Positions 1 through 9,235 of a DNA stretch of 62,654 nucleotides are shown here, one piece after another. The stretch lies in the NCBI GenBank assembly GCA_937877075.1, contig CALEGD010000005.1, forward strand, positions 1-62,654, given 5' to 3'. The stretch's first letter is position 1. The number at the start of each line of letters is the position of its first letter. Under the pieces are notes generated by a model. That model had not been told where the DNA came from, did not search any database, and saw only the letters and a program-made list of their open reading frames with translations. This DNA is from an uncultured Acholeplasmatales bacterium. Its GTDB lineage: Bacteria; Bacillota_I; Bacilli_A; ML615J-28; CAG-698. A program made the translations under genes and the position numbers.

Positions 1-815
1 ATCGGATTGCGTTTATGTGGCATTGCCGAGGAACCTTTTTGACCGGTTGAAAAAAATTCTTCAACTTCACGGACTTCGGTTCTGGATAAATGTCTGATTT
101 CGGTGGCAATCTTTTCGATTAAGGAAGCAATTAAAGCAAGAGAGTTTTGATAATTAATATGACGGTCTCGGGAGAGAACTTGAGTTGAGATTGCCGCATA
201 GCCAATACCTAGTTCACTACAGGCCTCAACTTCAATTTCCGGATCGAGGTTAGCAAAGTTGCCAACGGCACCGCTGAATTTTCCAACTTCGATTTCCGTT
301 CTGGCATTCAAAAAACGCTTCAGATTACGGATTCCTTCATCATAGAAAAGAGCCCATTTCAAACCGAAAGAACTTATTTCCGCATGAATCCCATGGGTTC
401 TTCCGATACAGGGGGTCTTTTTATATTTAAGGGCCTTTTCTTTCAAAACTTCAAGAAAGTCTTTTAAGGCTTTTTCAACCAATAAATTGGCCTCTTTTAA
501 TAAACAAGCATTGGCGCTATCAACCACATCGGTTGATGTCAGTCCATAATGAACCCACTTTTTCTCATCACCCAAAGATTCACTTACTTGTCTAGTAAAG
601 GCAATGACATCATGGCGGGTGATTTTTTCAAGTTCTTGGATTCGCTTGAGGTCGACCTTTGCCTTCTCTTTTATTTTAAGATAATCTGCTGCCGGAATAA
701 TATTTCTTTTCCGATAAGCATTCAAAACAGCCAGTTCGACTTTTAGCCAAATATTATATTTATGGCAGTCGGACCAGACTGTTTTCATTTCTTCAGTTGT
801 ATAACGATCAATCAT
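1..815 (-). CDS. purB: adenylosuccinate lyase, N-terminal ~271 codons (3' end runs off the window)
   Basis: Minus-strand frame starts at ATG (complement of 813-815). It reads MIDRYTTEEMKTVWSDCHKYNIWLKVELAVLNAY...GRTHGIHAE...GSSAMPHKRNPI, a lyase-1/PurB signature. It is absent from the ORF track because there is no stop in the window. Confidence 0.9.
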   Translation of the reverse strand, partial: MIDRYTTEEMKTVWSDCHKYNIWLKVELAVLNAYRKRNIIPAADYLKIKEKAKVDLKRIQELEKITRHDVIAFTRQVSESLGDEKKWVHYGLTSTDVVDSANACLLKEANLLVEKALKDFLEVLKEKALKYKKTPCIGRTHGIHAEISSFGLKWALFYDEGIRNLKRFLNARTEIEVGKFSGAVGNFANLDPEIEVEACSELGIGYAAISTQVLSRDRHINYQNSLALIASLIEKIATEIRHLSRTEVREVEEFFSTGQKGSSAMPHKRNP

Positions 816-948
816 ATTATCACCACTTAATTATTATAACAAATAAGCCGGAATAAATAAAGTGATTTTGAGGTAAATTGGTCTTTAGTGTAAAACTTTA
901 GAAGAAGAACGATAAATTCAAAAAAAATTTAAAAGTTTTTAGGATTTG

Positions 949-977
949 TTGCTTTAAAACCCTCTTTTCGTTATAAT
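949..977 (+). promoter_or_regulatory. sigma-70-type promoter TTGCTT-17-TATAAT
   Basis: TTGCTT at 949-954, 17-nt spacer, TATAAT at 972-977, 20 nt upstream of the GGAGG RBS of the 998 gene. Confidence 0.5.
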
Positions 978-997
978 AATACAGAGGAGGAAAGCAA

Positions 998-1525
998 ATG
1001 AAAAATAAATATCTCCAAGATCATTCTCGTACAAAAAAGATATTAAAAGTAATTGGATTTACTGCTTTGCCTTTGGGAGGAATACTCGGTGTAGTAGGAC
1101 TTATCGATTTTTTTGAAGGATTTTCTCCTTCCGGCGGTAATTTCTCTAACCCCTATCATTTTCCTGAACCGGAGGGGCCAGATTTATTTTATTTGATTTT
1201 TATTGGCATGGCTTTAGTTTTTATCGGATTGGCTTGCCTTTCTTATGCCTATATGGGAAAAGTTGCCCGTTACACATCCAGTGAAATGGCGCCGGTTGTA
1301 AAGGATACGGCTAATTATTTAATTGACGGAACTAAGAATGAGGTAGCAGGTCTGGTATCAAAAATAAAAAACAATCTTTTAATCTGTCCTTATTGTGGGG
1401 ACTCAAACGATCTTGACTCGATATATTGTGATGCCTGCGGAAACAAAATAACAAAAAAATGTCTCTGCGGACAAGAGAACAACGCTGACAGTAAATATTG
1501 CAAGAAATGTGGAAGAGAATTGTGA
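998..1525 (+). CDS. membrane protein with C-terminal double zinc-ribbon
   Basis: Strong RBS GAGGAGG. Two hydrophobic segments. The C-terminus has CPYCG..CDACG..C.CG..CKKCG, four CxxC-type pairs. Confidence 0.6.
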   Translation: MKNKYLQDHSRTKKILKVIGFTALPLGGILGVVGLIDFFEGFSPSGGNFSNPYHFPEPEGPDLFYLIFIGMALVFIGLACLSYAYMGKVARYTSSEMAPVVKDTANYLIDGTKNEVAGLVSKIKNNLLICPYCGDSNDLDSIYCDACGNKITKKCLCGQENNADSKYCKKCGREL

Positions 1526-1569
1526 GATGATTTTCATCTCCTTTAATTTTGTATAAAGGAGTATTTTAT

Positions 1570-2103
1570 ATGTTAGTCCTGATCGGCCCTAGTGCCAGCG
1601 GTAAAACTGAAGTAGCAAAAATCTTGATTTCTAAATACGGAATGAAAAGACTCATTACCTATACCACCAGAATAAAGAGAAAGGGTGAAATTGACGGCCG
1701 TGATTATCACTTTGTTTCAACGGCGGAGTTTTCAAAACTTGATTCTTTAAATGAGTTTGTAGAGACGACCTTCTATAACGGAAATTATTACGGTAGCAGA
1801 AGAAAAGATATCTCCCTAGACAAGGTAGTGATTCTTGACCCGAATGGACTTTTAAATTATGCCTACAGAATGAGAAGTAAGATTACCACAATCTTTCTTG
1901 AAGCTCCGAAGGAAATTCGAAAAGAAAGAATGGTTAAGCGTGGCGATGATCCGGAATTAATAAAATTACGTCTGGAAAAAGATGATGCAATCTTTAAAAC
2001 CGAAAAACTTCCCTTGGATTTCATTGTACAAAATAATGGGATAGATTTAGATGCTTTAGCTGATAAAGTTTATAATCTCTACCAAAACCATCAGGAAAAT
2101 TAA
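1570..2103 (+). CDS. gmk: guanylate kinase-like P-loop kinase
   Basis: GPSASGKT P-loop and TYTTRIKRKGEIDGRDYHFVS..NGNYYGS guanylate-kinase motifs. ATG at 1570 sits 9 nt after AAAGGAG, so it is preferred over the track start at 1549. The protein is short (177 aa) and not followed by rpoZ, so it may be a paralog. Confidence 0.7.
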   Translation: MLVLIGPSASGKTEVAKILISKYGMKRLITYTTRIKRKGEIDGRDYHFVSTAEFSKLDSLNEFVETTFYNGNYYGSRRKDISLDKVVILDPNGLLNYAYRMRSKITTIFLEAPKEIRKERMVKRGDDPELIKLRLEKDDAIFKTEKLPLDFIVQNNGIDLDALADKVYNLYQNHQEN

Positions 2104-2158
2104 GTAATTATTCTCACAAAAGCTGAAAATGGTGGTATAATAAGTTAGGAGGAATATT

Positions 2159-3937
2159 ATGAGAAAGTTCCTAAAACTGATTCTTATTTTTATAATAACA
2201 TTAATTTTATTAATTGGCATACCTTTAACGAGCCTTTATTTCATCATCTCCGATGATACCGATAAGGCTCCGACGGAATTATACAATAACGAAATTACCT
2301 TGGCCGGGGAAGCCGATAATTTATTTTCCCGGTTTCTGATAAATCGCGAGGGTTCATTTTATTTAACTCTTTCAGAAGATGATCTTAATCGACTGATTTT
2401 TGCCGTTTTAAGGGAAATTAATCCCGATTATTATTCGGGATGTGCGGACGATGCCTGTAAATATGTCCAAGGGACAGAAATACATCAAGAGGTGCCGATA
2501 ATCGGCGGCAAAAGCATTAATTTGCATCACGGCTATACGGAGATTAAAGATCAGAATATTAATTTCTACTTTACAATTAACGCTCCTTATTTAAATACTA
2601 ATCTTAATTTTAGTTTTGAACCAAAGGAAGAGGCAGGTAAATATACCCTCTTGCTTACAAAACTCGGATTAGGGAGACTTAATTTGCTCAGCGGCGTCGG
2701 AAAATTAATATCTGACCCTCTACTTTCCGCACTGGGAGTGACGGAAGAGAAGGTCAATAAAGCGATTGATGATTTGGGTCTGCCTATCGATTTTAATATG
2801 GAGGACTTTTCTTTCAGTTTTTATAAGGAAGATTTGGGCCAAATGTTTATGAAAACGGTCGGCGAAGAAAAAGTAGAAAGTAAACTTTTAAATGAATTTA
2901 TAAACATATTAACTTCATCAAAAAATCAAATTCTTAGTTTTGGTTTCTTCGAGATTGAAGATAAAGATTATTTTGGTTTCCGGTTTAATTTAAATGAAAT
3001 TAAAACAGACTCCGAAACTTCAAGTCGCTTAGCTAAGTTGAGGGATACTGCTTCCACAGGTTTTGATATTAATAATTTTGTAACGAATAAAACCCAAACC
3101 TTTATTATCGGTAGTCTTTCTCCCGATTCAGAGAAAAGCCTTTCCTTTACAAATACTGATTTTAACCGCATTATTTATGATAAAACCGCCGGTTATGCGG
3201 ATTTTAAATATTCACTCGTAAACGCGGATAATAATTTCGAAATAACCGGAATTTTCTTTGATTTTAGGCCGGATAAATTAAATTTAGATTTTGTAGTTAA
3301 TATTAATGGAATTGAAGTTTTAATTCAAATTATTGGAAATATCGAATCCGGAAGTGATGAGAGTGAATTATATATTACCTTAAGTCAGGAAATGATGATT
3401 GGTGGTATTTCCGCTTCTTCTGAATTTCTTTTGGAAATGTTAGGAAGCTTTGATTCTCTAGAGGTTGTAGAATACGACAGAGAAACTGCGACCTTCAAAA
3501 TTTCCGCCGAGACATTCCGAAAGTTTATGGAAGTTGGTGGTCCCGATACTCCGCTTAATGTAGAAAAGGTAAAAGCGGTAAATGGCGGAATTGAGGTTAT
3601 TGTTGATTATACCGACCCAAGCCTTGATACGATGGTTGAAAATGCGAGAAAAGCAGTCGAAGAAATGCTTTCCGACAACTTCTTAGATGAAAGCAGCTTC
3701 GATAAAAGCGATCCTGAGCAGGAGGCTCTTATTGAAGACCTTAAAGAGACTTTGGGAGGAATTTCCACAATTCTTAGCGATCCGGAAGCTGAACTTACCA
3801 ATGAAGACACAGGTAATTTAATTGAAATTATCAATCAATTATCCGCGGAAAACCAACAAATACTATTAAATCAAATTACCGAGAATGCTGAATCCAGCGA
3901 TCTTGAAAGTCTATATAATCAACTATTTGGAAACTAG
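2159..3937 (+). CDS. hypothetical N-terminally membrane-anchored protein with acidic C-terminus
   Basis: RBS AGGAGG. One N-terminal TM helix (LILIFIITLILLIGIPLTSLYFII). 592-aa uninterrupted ORF with no motif I can recognise. Confidence 0.55.
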   Translation: MRKFLKLILIFIITLILLIGIPLTSLYFIISDDTDKAPTELYNNEITLAGEADNLFSRFLINREGSFYLTLSEDDLNRLIFAVLREINPDYYSGCADDACKYVQGTEIHQEVPIIGGKSINLHHGYTEIKDQNINFYFTINAPYLNTNLNFSFEPKEEAGKYTLLLTKLGLGRLNLLSGVGKLISDPLLSALGVTEEKVNKAIDDLGLPIDFNMEDFSFSFYKEDLGQMFMKTVGEEKVESKLLNEFINILTSSKNQILSFGFFEIEDKDYFGFRFNLNEIKTDSETSSRLAKLRDTASTGFDINNFVTNKTQTFIIGSLSPDSEKSLSFTNTDFNRIIYDKTAGYADFKYSLVNADNNFEITGIFFDFRPDKLNLDFVVNINGIEVLIQIIGNIESGSDESELYITLSQEMMIGGISASSEFLLEMLGSFDSLEVVEYDRETATFKISAETFRKFMEVGGPDTPLNVEKVKAVNGGIEVIVDYTDPSLDTMVENARKAVEEMLSDNFLDESSFDKSDPEQEALIEDLKETLGGISTILSDPEAELTNEDTGNLIEIINQLSAENQQILLNQITENAESSDLESLYNQLFGN

Positions 3938-3952
3938 AAAAGGAGCGATAAT

Positions 3953-4534
3953 ATGAAAAACCAAATTCTTGTAGAAACATCAGCAAGACATGTCCATGTA
4001 ACCGAAGCTGATTTAAAAGTTCTTTTTGGCGAGGATGCAACCTTAACGGTTAAGAAATACCTTTCCCAACCCGGACAGTTTGCTGCCGAAGAAAGAGTAA
4101 CAATTGTCGGACCAAGAAAAAGTCAAGCCAATGTATCAATACTAGGTCCTTGTCGGAAAGCGACTCAAGTGGAAATCTCTGCAACCGATGCCAGAAGTTT
4201 GGGATTCGAGTCCATAATCCGTGAATCCGGTGATATTAAAAACACTCCGGGTTGTACAATTATCGGACCGAAAGGACAAATTGAAATTAAAGAGGGTGTG
4301 ATAGTGGCCAAAAGGCATATACACCTTAATATCGAAGAAGCCGAAACATATGATCTAAAAGATAAAGAAATTGTTCAAGTGAAGGTGGAAACAGAAGCAC
4401 GTTCTTTGATTTTCGGAGATGTTGTTGTTCGCGTTCGTGAAGATTTTGCTGCAGCAATGCATATCGATACCGATGAAGCCAATTCAGGAAACATCGGTCT
4501 CAATAGTTTCGGAACAATTATCAAAAAGCACTAA
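3953..4534 (+). CDS. pduL: phosphate propanoyl/acetyl-transferase, PduL type
   Basis: VETSARHVHV...GPRK...ILGP....TQVEIS.TDA..LG repeated half-domain pattern, and RHIH in the second half, both typical of PduL. RBS AAGGAG. Confidence 0.8.
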   Translation: MKNQILVETSARHVHVTEADLKVLFGEDATLTVKKYLSQPGQFAAEERVTIVGPRKSQANVSILGPCRKATQVEISATDARSLGFESIIRESGDIKNTPGCTIIGPKGQIEIKEGVIVAKRHIHLNIEEAETYDLKDKEIVQVKVETEARSLIFGDVVVRVREDFAAAMHIDTDEANSGNIGLNSFGTIIKKH

Positions 4535-4549
4535 AATGTGCTTTTTTTC
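4524..4549 (+). terminator. rho-independent terminator
   Basis: AAAAGCAC/GTGCTTTT stem overlapping the pduL stop, followed by a T-run. Confidence 0.6.
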
Positions 4550-4622
4550 TTAACCCGCTTAACCAACCTTGAATTGAAGGGTTGTTTAGGTTATAATATA
4601 TATCTAGAAACGGAGTTGTATT

Positions 4623-5768
4623 ATGATAACAAAATTGATTGAAAAAGCAAAAAAAGTATTTCCCGGTTCGGATAATTTCCAAGCTTTCTTTTCGCCGGGA
4701 AGAGTTAATTTAATTGGCGAACATATTGATTATAATGGCGGGTTTGTCCTTCCTTGCGCTCTTGATATTGGTACTTTTGGGATTGCTTCCCCCAGGGATG
4801 ATGAATTTATTTCCTGTTATTCCGAAAACTTTTCGGAAATCGGAATCATTACTTTCTCTTTGCGGGACTTAGAATATCGCTTAGAAGATAATTGGGTTAA
4901 TTATGTAAAAGGAGTAATGAAAGAAATAGAGCTGACTAAAGGATTTAATCTTTATGTCAGAGGAGATATTCCCAACGGTGCCGGACTTTCATCCAGTGCT
5001 TCCCTTGAATTATTGATCGGAGTAATTGCAAATACACTCTACAATCTCGGACTTTCAAATTTAGAGCTTGTAAAGATAGCTCATAAAGCCGAGAATGAAT
5101 TTATCGGCGTTAAATGTGGCATTATGGATCAATTCATTATTGGAATGGCTAAGGATAAAAGCGGAATCTTATTGAATACGTCAAACTTAGAACATCATTA
5201 TGTAAAGATAAATCTCGGTGATTATCTGATTATCATCGGAAACACCAATAAGAAACGCTCACTGTCAACTTCTAAATATAATGAAAGAAGAGAAGAATGT
5301 GAACAAGGTTTAAAAATGCTTCAGAAGCGTTTTGAAATAAAAGAATTATGTGAACTAAGTTGCAATGATTTTGAAAATAGTCAAGCTTTGCTTACTGATC
5401 CTATTATTTATAAAAGGGTTCGTCATGTAATTTCGGAAAATGAAAGAACACAAGCCGCTTACCAAGCCTTGGAAAAAGGTAATCTAGTAGAATTCGGAAA
5501 GCTTTTAAGCGCTTCTCATGATTCACTAAGAGATGATTATGAAGTAACCGGAATTGAACTTGATTCTCTACAGGAATTTTTCTTAAAACATGGAGCTATT
5601 GGGGCACGAATGACTGGTGCCGGTTTTGGAGGTTGTGCTATTGCGCTGGTAAGAAGCGACGAAGCTGAGCATCTAATTGAAAAAGTCCGTGAAGGTTATA
5701 AAGAGGCTACCGGACTTGAAGCTGACTTTTATCCGGTTCGTGTTGGAAATGGAGCAAGAAAACTATGA
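4623..5768 (+). CDS. galK: galactokinase
   Basis: GRVNLIGEHIDYNGG and GAGLSSSASLE GHMP-kinase signatures. TTGAAT-17-TATAAT promoter about 45 nt upstream. Confidence 0.95.
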   Translation: MITKLIEKAKKVFPGSDNFQAFFSPGRVNLIGEHIDYNGGFVLPCALDIGTFGIASPRDDEFISCYSENFSEIGIITFSLRDLEYRLEDNWVNYVKGVMKEIELTKGFNLYVRGDIPNGAGLSSSASLELLIGVIANTLYNLGLSNLELVKIAHKAENEFIGVKCGIMDQFIIGMAKDKSGILLNTSNLEHHYVKINLGDYLIIIGNTNKKRSLSTSKYNERREECEQGLKMLQKRFEIKELCELSCNDFENSQALLTDPIIYKRVRHVISENERTQAAYQALEKGNLVEFGKLLSASHDSLRDDYEVTGIELDSLQEFFLKHGAIGARMTGAGFGGCAIALVRSDEAEHLIEKVREGYKEATGLEADFYPVRVGNGARKL

Positions 5769-7234
5769 AAATTAATTATCTTTTAAATGAACTTCTAACC
5801 TATTGTTTAGAAAAAGGAATTCTTGAAGAGGTTGATTATCTATATACAGTTAATACTTTAATCGAGTTTTTTAATCAAAAAGAATTTTCAAAAGAAAAAG
5901 TAAAAGTCCGTGAACTTGATTTAATTCTTGATGATCTGGCTTTATATGCTTTTAATAACGGCATTTTAAAGGAAAATGATGTTGTTTCTCTTGATAATTT
6001 CAAAGCAAAAACAATTGATTTTTTAATTGACCGACCAAAGGAAGTTATTAGAAAGTTTTATAAATATTATCAGGAAAAACCGAGTAAAGCAACCGAATAT
6101 CTTTATCAGCTTTCCAAGGATGTAAACTATATTCAAACAAAGAGGATTAATCAAAACCTTAAATGGCAACATCAGACTGAATATGGGAATATTCATCTAA
6201 CGATTAACCTTTCCAAACCGGAAAAGGATCCGCGCTTGATTGCCTTACAAAAACAACAAAAATCTGGTTATCCTAAATGTCAGCTTTGTCCGGAAAACGA
6301 AGGGTATCGCGGTCATATCGGATATGATGGGCGTAGTAATATGCGGATAATTCCAATTAAACTTAATAATGAGGAATGGTTCTTCCAATATTCGCCTTAT
6401 TCTTATTTTGATGAACATTCAATTGTTTTAAATAAAGAGCATATTCCTATGATTATTAATCGTGAAACATTTGTAAAGTTACTTGATTTTCTTGATTATT
6501 TCCCGGAATATTTCATCGGATCAAACGCCGGATTACCGATTGTCGGTGGTTCGATTTTAAATCATGAACATTACCAATCCGGAAAATATCGTTTTCCGAT
6601 TGAAGAAGCAGAAGCCAAGTTATTTGCCTCAATTGATGATGTTGAAGTTTATTCCGTTAAATGGCCTTTGAGTACGGTTCGGATTAAATCTAAAAACCGA
6701 GAGAATTTAATAGCTTTTGCTGATAAGATACTTCACATTTGGAGAAAGTATGAAAACAAGGATCTTTTAATTGTTAATAATGAGGATGAAATACATAATA
6801 CGATTACGCCGATTTCTAGAAAAGAAGCCGAGTTTTATGTTTTCGACCTGATTCTTCGGAATAATTATACTACAGACGAACTTCCCGATGGCGTCTTTCA
6901 TCCCCATCCCTCACTCCATCATATCAAAAAAGAAAATATCGGTTTAATTGAAGCAATGGGACTTGGAATCCTTCCCGCTCGATTGAAAACGGAGTTTGAG
7001 TTGATAGGAAAGTATTTACAGGGAGATAGTAAAATAGCAGAGGACGAAAGAATAAAGAAACATTGGCATTGGGTAGAAAAAATTCAAATTAAATATCTAG
7101 GCGCTAATACCGAAAGCTTCATTCTTGAAGAAGCAGGCAAAGTGTTTTCTGAGGTTTTGAAAGACGCAGGAGTCTTTAAAATGGATGAAAAAGGGCAAAT
7201 GGCATTTCAGGAATTTTTGAATCTTCTAATTTAA
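5765..7234 (+). CDS. galT: galactose-1-phosphate uridylyltransferase (type 2, long Firmicute form)
   Basis: ATGA start/stop overlap with galK. ~489 aa with NHEHYQSG and CPENEGY motifs of the family-2 GalT. Confidence 0.9.
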   Translation: MKINYLLNELLTYCLEKGILEEVDYLYTVNTLIEFFNQKEFSKEKVKVRELDLILDDLALYAFNNGILKENDVVSLDNFKAKTIDFLIDRPKEVIRKFYKYYQEKPSKATEYLYQLSKDVNYIQTKRINQNLKWQHQTEYGNIHLTINLSKPEKDPRLIALQKQQKSGYPKCQLCPENEGYRGHIGYDGRSNMRIIPIKLNNEEWFFQYSPYSYFDEHSIVLNKEHIPMIINRETFVKLLDFLDYFPEYFIGSNAGLPIVGGSILNHEHYQSGKYRFPIEEAEAKLFASIDDVEVYSVKWPLSTVRIKSKNRENLIAFADKILHIWRKYENKDLLIVNNEDEIHNTITPISRKEAEFYVFDLILRNNYTTDELPDGVFHPHPSLHHIKKENIGLIEAMGLGILPARLKTEFELIGKYLQGDSKIAEDERIKKHWHWVEKIQIKYLGANTESFILEEAGKVFSEVLKDAGVFKMDEKGQMAFQEFLNLLI

Positions 7235-7280
7235 GGGAAAATAGTAGGGATAAAAATTAATACTAGAAATTTCTAAGACT

Positions 7281-7300
7281 TAAAAACTGTTATCAGTTTT
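7281..7300 (+). terminator. rho-independent terminator after galT
   Basis: AAAACTG-tta-TCAGTTTT hairpin plus T-run. Confidence 0.5.
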
Positions 7301-7329
7301 TGTGATTAGAAAGTGATGAAGGGAAAATT

Positions 7330-9156
7330 ATGAAAAAGTTAAAGATTATTTTAATTTTTGCTTTCTTACTATTTATTTTTATGGGGTGTAAAGATGTACC
7401 CACCTTGGTTTCAATTGAAACCGATTCAACTAGTATATCCGAGTCTTTTTTAATTGAGGATTTTGACTTAAATAAGATAAAAATTATTCTTAACAAAAGC
7501 GATGGGACTAAGGAAAGTATTTTCTTATCCGAAGAGATGCTTAGTTCTTCGGATTTAGTTTTACTTCAATCCGTAGGGAAACATAATATTACTGTTAGAT
7601 ATAAAGGACTTGAAACAAAAATCACCATTAAACTTGAAACTGATGAAGTCAAAGTAAAACTGCTTCAAATCTATCAAAAATTGGTGAATTTAAATTCCTA
7701 CCAAGAAAGCTATGAATATTGGATCAGTTCCTTAAATATAGCTCCCGGACTGAAGATTGTTGACGCAATTATTAATGAAGAACGAAGGATAATTATTACT
7801 TTATCTGACGATAGCCAAGTTGATGGCGGACTTATCCAGAATTTGAATCAAGATGGAGTTTATGTTTTTACCATTAATGATACTCATGGAGCTTTTGTTT
7901 CAGACGATACTCCAGGTATGGATAAGGTTGGTTCGGTAATTAAATCTTTAGAAGATGATTTCGGTGAACATATTAAGATTGCAAACGGAGATATTTTCCA
8001 AGGGAGTTATATTTCGCGTATGACTTATGGATTAGCTTTGATTGATGCTTTAAACTTGATGGAATTTGACGCACTAGTTCTTGGAAATCACGAATTTGAC
8101 TGGGGACTCGACAAGATTGAACAATATGCGGACAAAAATCTGGCCAATGGTGAAGCTGATTTTCCGTTTTTAGCCGCCAATATTGTATATAAAGAATCCG
8201 GCGAAAGACTTCCTTGGACAGAAGATTATGTGATTCTTGAAAACAATGGTTATAAAGTCGGTGTAATTGGAGTTATCGGCCATAATCTAGAAAGTTCGAT
8301 CTCATACGATATGGTTAAGGATTATGAATTCTTACAACCTTATACTATTGTACAAAAACATTCTAAAACCTTAAGAGAGGAACTTGATTGTAATCTTGTC
8401 TTAGTAGCCACTCATAATTATGATGAAGGGGAAATCAATAATTATCTTTCTCTTCCTTATGAAAGTCGAATTGATGGAATAATCACTGGCCATACCCATC
8501 AAAAAATAAGCCGAAGTATTCCACATAATAATGATTATAATCTTCCAATCATTCAATGTGATGACAAAAATGAAACCGTAGGACAAATAATAATTAACAT
8601 GGATAAAAACGGGAATCCGGTTGATTCCTCGATTGAACATTACCTACCTGAAAAGTATCTATCCGATCAAGATTTCACAGTTTTAATAAATAAGTATTCA
8701 GATGAGATCAACGAAGGAAATCGAGTTATCGGTTATACTACAGAAATGCTGTATTGGGATAGACTTGGTAAAGAAATGACAAATGCAATGATGGAAAGAT
8801 ACGCAGGAGATGTTGCTTTCATCAATACCGGCGGTGTCAGAGCAACGATTAGTACCGGTAATATTCGCATTTGTGATGTGTTTGAAGTTTTTCCTTTCGA
8901 TAATATAATTGTAATTACATCAATAAGAGGAGACAAACTTTTAAGTTTGTATCAGGAACAAAAAAAGTATCTTTATTTTAATTCTAGCTTTGACCCTGCT
9001 GATATCAATAGCTATTCTTACTATGATATCGTCACGATTGACTATGTCTATACCGGATCTTACTATCAAAAGTATTTTCAAAACAGTTCAAGGGTTGACC
9101 GCGAACTGATGCGCGATGTCTTTATTGAATATCTTGAAGAATTTTATGGTAACTAA
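7330..9156 (+). CDS. lipoprotein, bifunctional metallophosphatase/5'-nucleotidase family (UshA/YfkN-like) with extra N-terminal Ig-like domain
   Basis: Lipobox FMGC. NDTHG, GDIFQG and GNHEFDWG calcineurin-like motifs. C-terminal 5'-nucleotidase substrate-binding pattern (INTGGVR, FPFDN). Confidence 0.8.
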   Translation: MKKLKIILIFAFLLFIFMGCKDVPTLVSIETDSTSISESFLIEDFDLNKIKIILNKSDGTKESIFLSEEMLSSSDLVLLQSVGKHNITVRYKGLETKITIKLETDEVKVKLLQIYQKLVNLNSYQESYEYWISSLNIAPGLKIVDAIINEERRIIITLSDDSQVDGGLIQNLNQDGVYVFTINDTHGAFVSDDTPGMDKVGSVIKSLEDDFGEHIKIANGDIFQGSYISRMTYGLALIDALNLMEFDALVLGNHEFDWGLDKIEQYADKNLANGEADFPFLAANIVYKESGERLPWTEDYVILENNGYKVGVIGVIGHNLESSISYDMVKDYEFLQPYTIVQKHSKTLREELDCNLVLVATHNYDEGEINNYLSLPYESRIDGIITGHTHQKISRSIPHNNDYNLPIIQCDDKNETVGQIIINMDKNGNPVDSSIEHYLPEKYLSDQDFTVLINKYSDEINEGNRVIGYTTEMLYWDRLGKEMTNAMMERYAGDVAFINTGGVRATISTGNIRICDVFEVFPFDNIIVITSIRGDKLLSLYQEQKKYLYFNSSFDPADINSYSYYDIVTIDYVYTGSYYQKYFQNSSRVDRELMRDVFIEYLEEFYGN

Positions 9157-9235
9157 AATAAGCCTTAAACTTCTAATTATTTTAATGGAAACGGAAATCA
9201 ATTATTAGCAGTAAATTTGGAGAAGTATTTTTTAT

